DNA of 63,316 nucleotides, the filler included, from Sphacelaria rigidula (Eukaryota): the NCBI GenBank assembly GCA_964200075.2. It is 4 parts of 4 records of this genome, joined end to end, with 100 filler letters (N's around TTAATTAATTAA, not from the genome) between each part and the next. Parts side by side here need not be neighbours in the genome. Positions count along the whole stretch, not along the records: positions 1 to 15,759 come from CAXNAA020001606.1; positions 15,860 to 31,613 come from CAXNAA020001607.1; 2 more parts are not named here. One strand, written 5' to 3'. Shown here piece after piece: positions 14,201-26,027 of this stretch. The position numbers were made by a program, and so were the translations under genes. The notes beneath the pieces were generated by a model. It was not told the DNA's origin. It did not search any database and was given only the letters and a program-made list of their open reading frames with translations. Each line of letters opens with the position of its first letter. The first letter of the stretch is position 1.

Positions 14201-15307
14201 GGCCGTAACCATTATCTCTACCCCCCTTCCCGAACCGCTATACCTTGACTGATGGTGGCCCTGACTGGGGTGGTGGTATTGGTCGCGTCTACCATGCGCC
14301 CGGCCACTCCTGCGAGAGAAATCGTCGGGTCGGTGGTGATTTTGGTGGTACGGGGTATTACACCCCCTCGGTCACCGCTGATCGCGGTACTAATGACGGG
14401 GAATGTGGTGTGCGGGATGGTAGGAGGAGGATGGGCCCATGTGAGGTTGCGCTCTACCCCCCCCCCTCCCCCAAGGTTGACGCATCCCCTCTGATGGTAC
14501 ACTTCCGGAACCGCCAAATGCAGTAGCAGCGAGGGCATGGCTTGAAGTAGCACCTAGTCGACCTGTAGATAACTCTAGCTCGGCGTGCGCAGTCTTTGTG
14601 GTACACTGTAACATCTACGTGCCTATTATATCCTTTGCGAGTAGCATTCCCCGCTGGATGTCGAAATCTGAGGAAAGATGACGGGCGTAATGCCGTTCAG
14701 CATCCGAGTTCGACATCTCAAAACCAATTCGTCATAGTTTGTGCCCAATCAGGGTAGCTCTACTTGGGAAAACTAATGGTTCCCCAAGTTCCATATCAAG
14801 ATTTTGCCAGTCCTGTTCCAGCGTAGCGTTCTCAGCAGCTAGCGAAATTGTGTAGTAGTACTGTACCGAATGAACCCACGGTCCGCTGAATATTTGTTTT
14901 TTATTTTTTGTGGTGCAGACCCATTACCATCAATCGCTAGCAGCAGCAGTAGCACGGAAGCCGGGGCGGGAGTAGCTGAGGGGGATAACTGGTCGCACGC
15001 GCAAGGCGCGGAAGATGGTACAATATCGTCTGAACAAGGAGAACCATCGCGGGATCGCGGTGAAGATGGACTGGCAGCAGTATCGTCACCGTTAAATGTC
15101 GGGGAGGCTGAAAGGGGGGTGGAGATGGGGGCGGCAGCGGCAGCGGCGGCGACGACGGGGGGCAGGCATGGGGGCGGCAACCGACGAGAGTTACCTCTGG
15201 TAGAGCGGGAAGGGTTTGAGGTGGTGAAGAAGGCGCTGCCGAAGAGATGGGACAAGCTGGTCATGAACCTCGAGGAGCTTCGAGAGATGCGGTCCAAGTC
15301 GAACAAG
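3555..15307 (+). CDS. Partial multi-exon gene, unknown protein, possibly plastid-targeted (exons 3555-3708, 10034-10270, 14919-15307; 3' end beyond contig)
   Basis: Three exons with GT/AG sites join in phase (1/1, 1/1) into one open frame: MMMSTKRAAAIFCML...CAGFVIMP (ASAF-like motif), an Arg/Ser-rich transit-like segment, then ...EGFEVVKKALPKRWDKLVMNLEELREMRSKSNK. No family recognised. Confidence 0.5.
5606..6212. mobile_element. MITE-like element copy 1 with internal GTTCTGTGAGTTCTGT / CATACCCTACCCGACA subrepeats
   Basis: Ends AGGTTGTGTTCTGTA ... AAACACAACCT are inverted. Internal tandem subrepeats. Near-duplicate at 6849-7300. Confidence 0.6.
6849..7300. mobile_element. MITE-like element copy 2, same family as 5606-6212
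   Basis: AGGTTGTGTTTTGTA ... TACAGAACACAACC inverted ends; shares long internal blocks with copy 1. Confidence 0.6.
7315..7396 (+). other. tRNA-like Pol III unit (SINE head or tRNA pseudogene)
   Basis: A-box-like TGGTGTAACTG, B box GGTTCGAATCC and a T6 run, but no acceptor-stem pairing. Confidence 0.4.
7468..7786. mobile_element. MITE-like element with GCAGGTCGGG termini and TACCCAA / TTGGGTAGAGTA subrepeats
   Basis: Left GCAGGTCGGGTGGG and right CCCTTCCCGACCTGC are inverted. A second copy lies at about 8440-9217. Confidence 0.55.
8200..8241. repeat. (CA)n microsatellite
   Basis: Directly visible CA run. Confidence 0.9.
8440..9217. mobile_element. Second, left-truncated copy of the GCAGGTCGGG MITE family, interrupted by a SINE
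   Basis: Same subrepeats and the same right end (TACCCTTCCCGACCTGC) as 7468-7786. Confidence 0.5.
8582..8935 (-). mobile_element. tRNA-derived SINE, apparently full length
   Basis: Minus-strand head GGTCGCCCCGGTGGCTCAGTTGGT (A box) and a degenerate B box. The 3' body recurs on another contig at 57968-58089 with a CA tail. Confidence 0.7.
14230..14830 (-). pseudogene. Possible decayed Ty1/Copia gag fragment
   Basis: Stop-interrupted frame IGHKL*RIGFEMSNSDAERHYARHLSSDFDIQRGML...SHALAA followed by a Gly-rich stretch resembles the copia gag layout. By-eye similarity only. Confidence 0.3.
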
Positions 15308-15759
15308 GTGTAGTTCATGTGTGTGTGTCTCACCCTGCGGTATGTCTCATGTACAGTTGGTGCCCGCCCCGGGGGTTTGATGGATGGGCTACCTGACGCC
15401 GTCACGTCGGAAAAAGAGTGTGTGTGTTCGATTTCCCCTGCGGATGCGTTTAGTTCGAACGTTTTCTCGAAAGTACTTGAAGTCCGCCATTGAACGCGGG
15501 AGGACGTACGTGAGTACCAACAAATAGTTTTTGTTTGACTGAATTTGTTGGACGACAGTCGACGCGGTGCGGGATTGAGTGTTGATTGTCATGATCCAAT
15601 CCGCGATACCTAAATGCAAGAGGTGTACCCGTATGTGGAAGAGATTGGTTGATCCACTTGAAGACCCCGTGCTCGTCCCGAGGAACGGGGGGGGGGGGTG
15701 TACTCATGATCATGCATGACACTGTCATGAGGCCATTGGCCTCGTATCCCTACAAAGCC

Positions 15760-15859
15760 NNNNNNNNNNNNNNNNNNNNNNNNNNNNNNNNNNNNNNNNN
15801 NNNTTAATTAATTAANNNNNNNNNNNNNNNNNNNNNNNNNNNNNNNNNNNNNNNNNNNN
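15760..15859. other. Artificial contig linker
   Basis: N44-TTAATTAATTAA-N44, which places stops in all six frames. Confidence 0.97.
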
Positions 15860-16589
15860 CGAAGATTTGAATCCTCCGGGTTCTCATCCTCAATGAAAAG
15901 CACCATCCTCAACATAGATTATCGGCTGTTAATAGAGCATGACTCAAAAAGTTGTGCGAGTATTTGATACTGTCAGAACAACCTTGTCCTGCATGGAACA
16001 CAGCAACTCTATGTCTGACCTCGACAACCAGCAAAGCAAGCGTCGTCGCGGAGGTGTGGCGACTGATGTGCTGGCTGATGCCGGTGCTTCGTCAGCGGAA
16101 TCTATAGTCGAGCATGTGGGGTGGGGGGGTGGCAGCGGTCATGGTGATGGTGCTTCCCGGACGCAGTATCCCATGAGCGAGCAGAACAATTCTGCTATGG
16201 CTTTGCTCGAACGAGAGGAATAAACCCCGCCGGACTACGCTTCTCTATCAGGAACCCCTTGGCCGAGGATCCTCAGGGCCTCTGTATCCACCACTGCTCC
16301 GATATACGCGAATGACAAAATTTGTTAGGTGTCACGATAACCATTGATCAACTCAATCAGCGCTGACTGAGTTGTTCAGCGGTTACTGCGGCGCCGTAGC
16401 AGAGGCAATCCCGGTTTACGTCCGAGCTGTCACGCGTATGGATTGAACTCCAGTTTTACCCTGGAGTTGTCATCTCTGTAACCAACGCCGCTACGATGTA
16501 GGGTTTATTGTGCTTATTCTGGCCTAGGACATCTGCGCCGAGTTACCGCGGTGTGCTCTTTTATCCTTCCCGGCCATGAAGAAATCGGC

Positions 16590-16705
16590 CAAGAATGATC
16601 GTGAGGGAGATCGAACCCCGGAATAAGATCTTGTTCAGATTTCAGCGTCGACAGAGTAGCTTCTGTTAGGATTCCACGATAAGCGCTCAACCACTCCGTC
16701 AGTGC
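16590..16705 (-). other. Degenerate tRNA-like A/B box element (possible SINE head)
   Basis: Minus strand TGACGGAGTGG (A-box-like) and GGTTCGATCTC (B box); no cloverleaf. Confidence 0.3.
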
Positions 16706-17492
16706 TTACTGGGTGGCTTGGTGGTTACTGTGACGTCATAATATCTGAGCTCCACCATCGCGGGAAACCAGTCGCAAAAACTGGCGCACAAGTTCGACGA
16801 GGTTTAAAAGCAAGTCATGAAAGTTACCTCGAATTACTTAAAGTTTGGCCAACCCGGTCTCGACGCCCGCTTCACCGTGTGCAAAGCCACCGCGGAAAAT
16901 GCATGCTTTGGGCATGCAATACAATCTAGATACGAACGTTGAGGGCTATGAAAAAGCACGCGCAAATGGCAGTGCTAGGGCGGCTACTTTGCTTATATAT
17001 CTACAACTCAGGATCATGTCAGTACGTGCATACTCCGTCTTCCGCAGGCAGCAACCGCGACTTGGCATGCTCGTCCATTTCCGCGAGATTTATGAGGCCC
17101 ATCGTTTTCAGGACACCCGAAGAAGCACGCACTGTATGTCACAGCAGGCGGTCTTGCCCGTACCTGTACCATCCGCCATGCAGCTCCGCGCCTCGAGATC
17201 CAACTTGCACCTCCGCCTAGCTCAACATACGAACTTCTTGGAAGCTCCCCCCAAGCTGTTCATTTTGGGCGATATGGCTATAAGTTTGGGTAATGCAGCG
17301 GTATTATCTATAAGTCGTTGGTTATTAGCGGTCTTCATGATCACGTTTCATTTCTGTTCCGACAAGGGGTTTCGGATACTCCCCTCCTCATGGAATTATC
17401 CCCTTGAACCGGCCCGTACGTCGGCCCTGAGAAACGTACAGATCGACACGGCAACAAATGTGCGATGCTGGTTTTTCCCAATTCTACTCCAG

Positions 17493-20400
17493 CATTCGGA
17501 GACGGTGCTACATCGCTTTTGCTGACGACTGCAGAGGGACTACGAAAGGCCAAGGAACTTACTGGGGGCAGGTACACTTCGTATTCACCCCGTCGGTACA
17601 GGGTAGTTTCACCGAATGGCCCAAGCAAATGGCCCCAGCGATTGTGAACTCGAGGTTTGAGGGTTGGGACCCGAAAGTTTGAGGGGAGGAGTGCATCGAC
17701 GATTTAAGGCCATCATTGTAGGGGTATTTTCAAGATATCATGTTTGTGCAAGTCAAGTCCATTTGAAGAAAATCGGAGATAAAGATCCGCTATTATCTCC
17801 AGAAGAAAACGGAAATGAAGCACCACTAGGCATGACCTCCGGATGGACGATGTACTCCCCTCCCCACAGGTTGAAATCCCGAAGCCTTGAGTGAACAATC
17901 CAAGCTATGTAGATTTCCATGGGCGTAAAATCTCATTTTTTTTCGTAGATTGTTTTTAACCCAACAGTACCCTCCGGCTATGGGTTTCGAGCGACGACGA
18001 GTTGGGAGCCAAAACACGTGTCGGTGTTGTTGGCTTGATGCCAGCTACACGTCCACCAATGATGTTTCTGTGCAATTTCGCAGGAATTCGAGCATCTTGA
18101 TTTTTGTACCAAACCGCCGACGGGTACCATCACCAGGCCGTATTTGACGTCGGAGGATGTTGTGAAGTGAAGAAACTGCGATCAAAGCGCGCGGCACTCC
18201 AGGTTCTCTATATGGCTTCAGGCAACCTACTTGTTGCGCTGCCTTTTGGATTTTGTTTGTCCTATTTCCGATGAGGCCCTTTTTTGGGTCGACTAGTGTG
18301 ACCGGTCTTTACTTGTTCTGTACAGTTGAACTGTGGCGGTAGCAGGGTAAAGTGCAGTCAGTCGTACGCAATCTGATCTCAAGCTTTTCATTGTTCTGAA
18401 ATTATAGTGAAAGGCTACTTCGGCCTTCCGTCTAGCGCCGGTCTACTTGACGTCACCTCGCTGAAGCCGTGACTTTGTTGCCTCCTGTCGTCCTGTCGTC
18501 TTGTTCTACCGCATCTGCTTAACTACTTCACGTGGCTTTCTGACGATGTTATCATCATTGTTGTACACGCAAATATTCCCCGCTCGTACAGAGCACCACA
18601 GATGCTGGCCCTGTCACGCGGTCTCTGGGAAATACGCTCACAGTGGCTCGATCAAGTAATTCTTCCGCATTTAATGAAACAGTCCCTGTACGTGGAATCA
18701 CGCGACCTACCTCCCGGTATGAGCTATATCGACGGACAGAGCACCTCAGCGGGGCAGCCGATCGACACCGGCATCTGCGACTGTCCCCACTCAGCAACGG
18801 CGAGTACACAACGTCAGAGGGAGACGATTGGAAGTGGTTGTCCCTCGAAGCAGGCAGGATACGTGGAAGCCAATGCACTTCCAACGCCGGAAAGAGGGCA
18901 GTCCGGAAGAGATGCGAATGATTCTCCGCGTGAAGCTGTTTCTCGGGAGCGACGAACCAAACATCAACCACACAGGCAACGTCGGTGTATTGCCTCGCCC
19001 GTGATCGGACAAGATACCCGCCGTGAGCCGGGGTGTGTCAATTTGCAGCCGTACACAGAGATCATGCGGTCCATTCTGCGGACGGCGATGGCTGGTTTGT
19101 TCTCCTCAGATGTCTGCACCGCCGTGGTGGATCTCATGGTAAGCATGTGTGCAACAAGCGCATTGGGGGAACCTCATCACATTCGCAACCACTACGTTCA
19201 GAGCACACAAATCGAATCGGCAGACGCTTTCAATCTCACCCGGATAAAACGCTGTTCCTACGTGCTCTCCGTGGGCCTCAGGTGGCTTGGATTTTAACCA
19301 CAGCCCAGCAGATGCACCACCGACCAGGATCGCTGATCGGTTCCCCGGTGTGCCACAGTGGAGAGAAGGACATGGAGGGCCGTGGCAACTCCAGCACGGA
19401 GCTTGATGGTAGCACGCGCCGGGGTAGGGGGAGGTGCGATGCCAGACGGTGTCTTATAGACGCTTCGCGATATCTTCGGCAAAACGAGAGGATATTGTTG
19501 TTAAAGGCTAACGGAGCTGGAATCTGTGAGGTAGAGTCGCACCAGGCACAGTGATATGAAGTGATTTTCGAGCGGCGTTTTAGGCTGTGCGTTTGAACTC
19601 GGACGTTTCCGCCACCCATATTCAGAAGTTGATGCAACTAACCGCAGCTATCCAGCTCCTCCGTCTGCGCATCGTCGCTATCTGAATTTCGCTTAGCGTG
19701 ATCTTATCATCCACGCTCATGTATTTGGGCTGCTTTATCCTGATTCATCTAATGTCAAGCAGTACGATAGGGAACCACGGGAGTAAGAAAAATATCAAGA
19801 CCCATACTTACCGCGCAGTCGTCGCTTTCTTTCTTCAACAGGTCGTTCCCGCGACCTTCGGCCGTTTAAACGAATACTGAATGTTCCCGCTCCTTTGTTT
19901 CGGCATGCAGAGCAGGATTGTGGACGATGGAGTTGTTGTACCCTATGGCTTAATCGGAGGTGAGGAAACTCCCACGCGCTAACCATATTACAAGCCACGT
20001 ACTTTTGCTGCGCAAATGTGGTAGGACTTCAGTATGTTATGTGCCCTGCATTGCCTCCGCTTCGAAACGTGTTTGCTGTGCATCTCTGCGACGAGAGTTT
20101 GAGAACGCAATTATGCCAACTATCCCTTCAGCGAGAGTCATGAGGAGGGGACAAACACCGAAATCGATAACACGGCACTCCAGTGTTTACCTTGCGCTAT
20201 CTGCGGATGGTGGAGGTGAAGTGGGCATGGGTAGGCAGTCCCAGATAAATCAAAGAGTCGAGAGCTCTTCATGTGAGATGAAGATCACGTGACAAGGTCC
20301 CCTTTGCGGGATGATTACGCAACGACAGTGGATCTTGATCGAGAGAACGGGTACACTGGTGCATCCTGAACAGAATTGCAGCTCGGGATGAGCGTTTCCT

Positions 20401-22528
20401 TTAGAGCTCTATGATCTTCACTCCAACATACCCCCACATCAGAACGCGTTTTTATCGAAGAGCCTCAATCCATCACGAAACCGACCTGTTTTCACTGACT
20501 TCCACAGCGCCGCCGATGGTGTTCACGAGATGTGGCGGGGCTGGCCGACGAGAGTCGTTGAGGGTTATTGTCTTCAAATGTCCACTGGAGGCCTCCTCTT
20601 CCGCCAAGTACGATCAAACCAGGTGACTTTCTCCTTCGGGCACTATTCCCACCGTCTGTTATGTAGGTTGTGACTACCGTAGAACCAACTACTCGATGCA
20701 AATTTTTCAGGCATGTACCAGCTCACCATACACGATATACCGTTCCCGACTCACTCTCAGCTGAGTATGTCTTCTATTTATGAACCACAGGATCACCATT
20801 GGCGTATCGAATGCCAAGCAGCACGCAGATCTGTTAAGAGCCCGCACGCGCACGGTGGGGGTCGTGGTTGGTGCCTTGAAAGCTGCTGGAGTCGGACTCG
20901 TGGTTTGCACGCACGCCCTGCAGGTGCGTCTTCAAGGGCGGTGGAGAGATTGTTTTTTACATAATAATACCGCGATTTTGTAACCAATAGTACTTGCCCG
21001 AGTGCTCACAAAAGCCACCGGGTCGACACCACCGGGTCGACACTGGGAGTAGCCTCTCGTGTCATAATTTCCCCCCCGCGTTTACCGAACCACACAGGAT
21101 CCTGTGCCAGATCTCCTGCGTGAGGTGGGCATGGTGGGGCTCCAAAATGTACAACCGCATGACGCCGAGTACCTAGCACAACGCTTCGGCGCTGTGCCGT
21201 ACCACCGCATCAGAACAGCAGAAAACAAACTGTTGCTCTCCGCAAACGACGGTGCTGTGGGTATTGCCCAAGGCGTCCGTCGTCTGCGCTTGGGTCAAGG
21301 ACGACACTCATCACATACGTATATCTTCGGAAGCGGGGATCAATCGCATGTCGTTGCGGGGATCCCCCACGGCTACTTTCATCAGACGACGAACACTGCG
21401 GGCACGGGTAGGGTGTCGACAACTCTTGAGCCGACTACAGGCCTCGCTTGCCAGATGGTGCTAAGAGCCCCAAGTGACGGCATGTTGGCGGAATACGCCG
21501 GGAGTATCTCTCGCTTGCTCACTCTAGCTTCAAAGTGGCTAGAGTGGGACCCGCCAAGGTACCACCAGCTGGGTGGCACCACCTCCTCCGAAACTGGATC
21601 TATCTCGTCAGCACGTGATGAGTGGAGGACTGTCTGCCCCGTGGTAGCGGGGGGTGGCGCGTCCGAAGTGTCGCTGCACCTTCTCTTCAGAGATCTGGCA
21701 GGTAAGTGTTCAAGTCCAGGATATACCCCAACTCGCTATTTGTCGGACAGGACACAAAACAACGCCACGCAAGAAGGGAGGTGTCCGCCATGTGGGATCC
21801 ATGAACAACGACCAGCGGCACTGGTTTACTCAAAAAACGCCGCAAAGGCTGTCGGTGGCGACACCGCAACGATGCATCAAACGAGCCCCGATCGTCGCTG
21901 TGCTCAAACGGATTCGACAATGCACAGCACGTCGCGTGTGTCGACGAAGGACCCCGAAGATCCCACCAGACCGCAGGGCGAAGGTACTGGAAACAAAATG
22001 CTTTCGGCAGCATTTTCAGTTCTAGCTGCCGCGATGTCCGCTCTTCCCGATGTCTTGCTGGAAAACGCCACGTGTGATCATGTTGCCCACTCAGGCGGTC
22101 AAAGTTGCCAACCGAACAGTCGAAGAGTAACGAGAAGGCACTCTGTTTTTGAACTTCGACATACCCTGAATCAGCTTCATTCCGACGAAAATCGGAACTC
22201 CACCGGCTTGGTAATAACGACAACGGGAACAAGCGACGACAGTTCCCCAGAACCTCCCGGTGCCGCCCGGGTTTCCTCGTATCATCCCAGCAGTAGCTGC
22301 GACAATTGGCCACCATTTCTGTCATTTTCCTGTGGATTGAAAGCTGGCGTAGTGCAACCACTGGCCATGAAATATGGGACCGTGTTGGCCTTGCTAGAGG
22401 CTATGGCAGCGACATTGAGGGTTGGTGGGGTGGTTCGATGTCGCCGCAAGCTCGGAAGAACTTTCCGTGGCATCGGTGATGGGAAATCCGGGAATGTCAG
22501 GGACGATCAAGAGAGTGACGATGAGTAG
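17493..22528 (+). CDS. BBS10: Chaperonin-like Bardet-Biedl syndrome 10 protein (exons 17493-17571, 18592-19138, 19282-19530, 19911-19959, 20508-20622, 20791-20923, 21098-22528; N-terminal exon(s) not located)
   Basis: All seven exons join in phase via AG/GT sites. Group II chaperonin motifs: FGDGATSLLL, GVGLVVC, QMVLRAPSDGML, VVAGGGASEVSL, AAMSALPDVL. BBS10-type features: LSRGL..IRSQWLDQVI, SILRTAMAG..VVDLM, C-terminal KYGTVLALLEAMAATLRV, and long low-complexity insertions. Confidence 0.82.
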
Positions 22529-23263
22529 AATTTCCATTCTCTGTGGATAGAAATGCTGTATCGCGTGCACCAACAGTCTGGATGTGGCAGGGAAACGGTG
22601 TATGGGAGCCGGGGGGTGCGCCATATGCTTGCGCGAATAAGGCAGATGGAGTGCGTTCTTGAAGGTACCGAGTCTGTTCGTGCGCGGGTTCTGGTCCGGA
22701 GTTGCTTCTGCCCCCCAGCAGTATAAAGCCAAATATGGATATTGAAATCGAGGAGTGAGGGTGCTTACTTGACGAAATCGATATGATCATTTGGTGCCGG
22801 TGCCGCCTAATAGGTATTGTTCTTGAGAAGATTTCGGATACCAAGGGCCGCTGCGCCCCAGTGGTCCAGTTGCACAACTAACACCGTTAGGTCGAACAGA
22901 GTCTGTTTTTTTTAGCTCGATTTGTTTCTGCTAAAATTCCAATTCCCGCCCTAGAAAACGTAAGGACGTTGGCCGCAGGATGAGCTTGTTCGACTGAGTT
23001 TGTGTGACCGAGTGTGACGAGGGTCGACGCGGCGCGGGAGCGCTGATGGTCATGATCCCATCCGCGATGCCAAGGAAGAGATGGGTTGATGGCTTGGAAC
23101 CACGGACTCGTCCCGAGGAACGGGAGTGGTTCAAAGTACGACAAAACGGTTGTGACAGCAATCTTCTCGCGTTCGAGAGGTGTTGGATATTTCTCTATGC
23201 CCATTACTCATTGGAGACGTCGTTGAGGTATTGCGCGTTGTTGTGATCAGCGGCTAGCTGTTC

Positions 23264-24440
23264 ATGGGTTCGACATATTGTCTTCGTAATGGTATATGTG
23301 ATTGGGTTTTTGGACAGGTTCACCAAGCACCTATGCCGAATATTGGCACACCAAAATCACAACGCGGTGGCTCAGGATTAAACAACCCAGCCCAACAATT
23401 AATACGCATCTTTCCAGAGTATACCATTCCGACGTATTGGATGCGCGAATGGCGCATTCGTATGCCAAAAAACCTTTGTTCACTCCCGCTCTTTCTTATC
23501 TCAAGCAAATATTCAACACGAAACGGAGATAAGAAGTATGGCTCTTTCTATCACGACGTACATATGACGTTCACACCGCACCACTCCATGGTACCTCACC
23601 CGCCAAACACTCATGTAAATGACACACGGTAAACCTCGCTCCCGGTAGCTCTTGACGTCCGGTGTCAGAAAGAAAGAGCTGCTACAACAGCTAAGGCCAC
23701 TTCTCATGGGCATGGAAAACATCTATCCGAAAATGCCTATTTTGGCGATTCGGCGCTAGTGTAGACCCTGACTCGGGGCTCGGCGAGTTGTGCCATCTCG
23801 AATAGACGTGCTGTACTCTCCAACAAGAGTCCAGCACACTTTGCCGATCCGTCGTACAGCCAGTTCGACTGTTCTACCGAATCAGCGGTTGCACACATAA
23901 CCCATAAAATGTTTGGACTCCTCCTGAGGAAACATATACAAAACTCGCAGAAATATGGAACGTTTTCAGGTTGTATGAGAAATTCGTTTGGCCAAAAGCC
24001 AACGTGGGCGAACAGAAAATTGACACGTACTCGGGAGTACTCTCGGTGAGTACTGCAGGTCTTTCCGAGGTGGCACAAGATGCCAGGCCCTATGCCAGCA
24101 AACAACTCGGCGCCGAGTCGCCGACAAATTATCCGCATTATCCCGAAGATATTGTTTTCCATACCTATAAAAAATATCCGACCAAGCAACGTAAAAAATC
24201 AATGAAGATCCCGCGCAGTATTTAAACATGATCGGTCGCGAGTATTTGCTAGAGCGGGGATTGAAGTCACCGGAAGACCAGCTGAAAACACACACAAGAA
24301 CTGAGCCCCCATGCAAGAATCCAAACAAGAATCAGCAACATGTGGAATTTGCATTCTCTTATTGCTTGGAAAAGACGATCCATCAAAAATATCTTGACGA
24401 GCTCACAATGAATAAGAGAGAGCGTCCTGAGAAATGAGAT
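23264..24440 (+). pseudogene. Decayed 3' part of a non-LTR retrotransposon ORF (L1/Tx1-like)
   Basis: Fragmented frames with PKSQRGGSGLNNP (cf. post-RT LPK..GGLG) and a degenerate C-terminal Cys/His motif. Confidence 0.3.
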
Positions 24441-26027
24441 TGAACAAAACGATGAGTCTGAACCCCAAACCAGGGCTTCCCTACACCAAGAGTAATCATG
24501 TCCGATGGCTTTTTTTCGGCCTAATCGCTGGGAGTGTTACGAAGTAGGTGAAAGGCAGGGTTTTCCGCCGAGGAACGGACGGCGGTCATCACTCATCGCT
24601 GCAGGCCTACAAAGTTGTTGAAAGACCTTGAAATACTTCCCACGCGATCAAGGGTAAATTAGGCCGACAGAATAGTCATTGGGTATAATCACTTTTAGTC
24701 CGGGGAAAGACTGTCTTGAGGTTGAGATTCCTTTTTTAATTCAACCTTATTTCTCAGGATCCTCTCTTACAATACGCCAACTTATCCATACAATCTAGTC
24801 CAAGTTACAGAAACCTATACCACAGACTACGTTACAGAACAAAGTACAGCACAGCCTGAGCCACGCATAAAAGTACACCATTGCACCGTGCCCGCCTTAG
24901 ATGGAGGACATCGTCGGAAAAAACGCGTTGGTACGCTATACTTCATCGGCGATAGAGGATCGCACGTGTAGCATGTGCCTTAGATCAATAGAGACTGGGC
25001 TACGGCACGTATTCAAGTACCAATAACAATACTGCACATTGTAGACGACGACACGAAAGTAAACATACGCAGCACAGCTCGGACATGTCCAAACTCACCA
25101 AATTCACCACTCTCGTCCTTTTCACACCAATTTTAAGATAAAGCGGAGCGTGGCGAACTCTTCTCTTACGTAAAGAGGGGAACATTCTGCGCGAAACGAA
25201 ATCCCGCCCCAGCTACGACTACCCTGTGGACTACCAACCAGTAAGTGCACAGTATCGTGCAACAACCTGCGTCGGCACTGTCCCGATTGAAAAGTTGGTT
25301 CGACAGGTCATCGGCTAGATTATCCCTCAAACCACGAAGCAGTCATCTTCCAATTAGTCCGTGCATGCCAGAGCATCACATTCAGAGTGGCACCACAGTA
25401 AGGGTGCACAAAACGTTTCTCAGGCTCTTCACTTTAGGAGCCCATCAATGAGAAACATCTGGGCCCAATCATTGTGCAACCTCAGACAACTTTTGGCCTA
25501 TTCCTTACACCCTACAGTGGCACCAATCTATATTGATTTTGATGTACCAATGCCTTGCAATCACAATACCAAATTATTTGTAGTTGAGGATTTGACGCTG
25601 GCTTGACATTTGCTGAAATTTCTAGGTTTGCACCAGCTTCGGATACGATTATTAGTGTTGGACGTGATGCTACAGTATACTGACCCATATGAAACATAAG
25701 TAGCACGCCTAATGTGGGCTGGAAGTGCGTGATATCATGCAGCTGAAGAGACACGTCAAGCATGTGGCGTGCGAAAGTAGTGGACAGCATCGTACACTGT
25801 GAGCCATGCTCTCATCGTGGACATGACAACAACAATCCATAACATACACCTTACCTCAAGGGCAACGTTTTCTCCGCCTTATACGTGTGGTTTTCCCGCC
25901 AAGTGCACCCAACCTTCGCTACACGTATGCACTGCAATCTAAGTGGCTCGCGTGTACCCGATCACTGTACCCTGCGGGTGGCGCCCCCGAAACATCCGCC
26001 AACTTTGCGCGACAATATGTATCACCT

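Noticed and set aside
15804-15815. TTAATTAATTAA as a biological motif
   Set aside because: Identical in all three N gaps; assembly linker.
16845-17525. 226-aa ORF as a gene or as the BBS10 N terminus
   Set aside because: No recognisable motifs; the BBS10 GDG exon lies in another frame. Candidate upstream exons near 16250-16440 were unconvincing.
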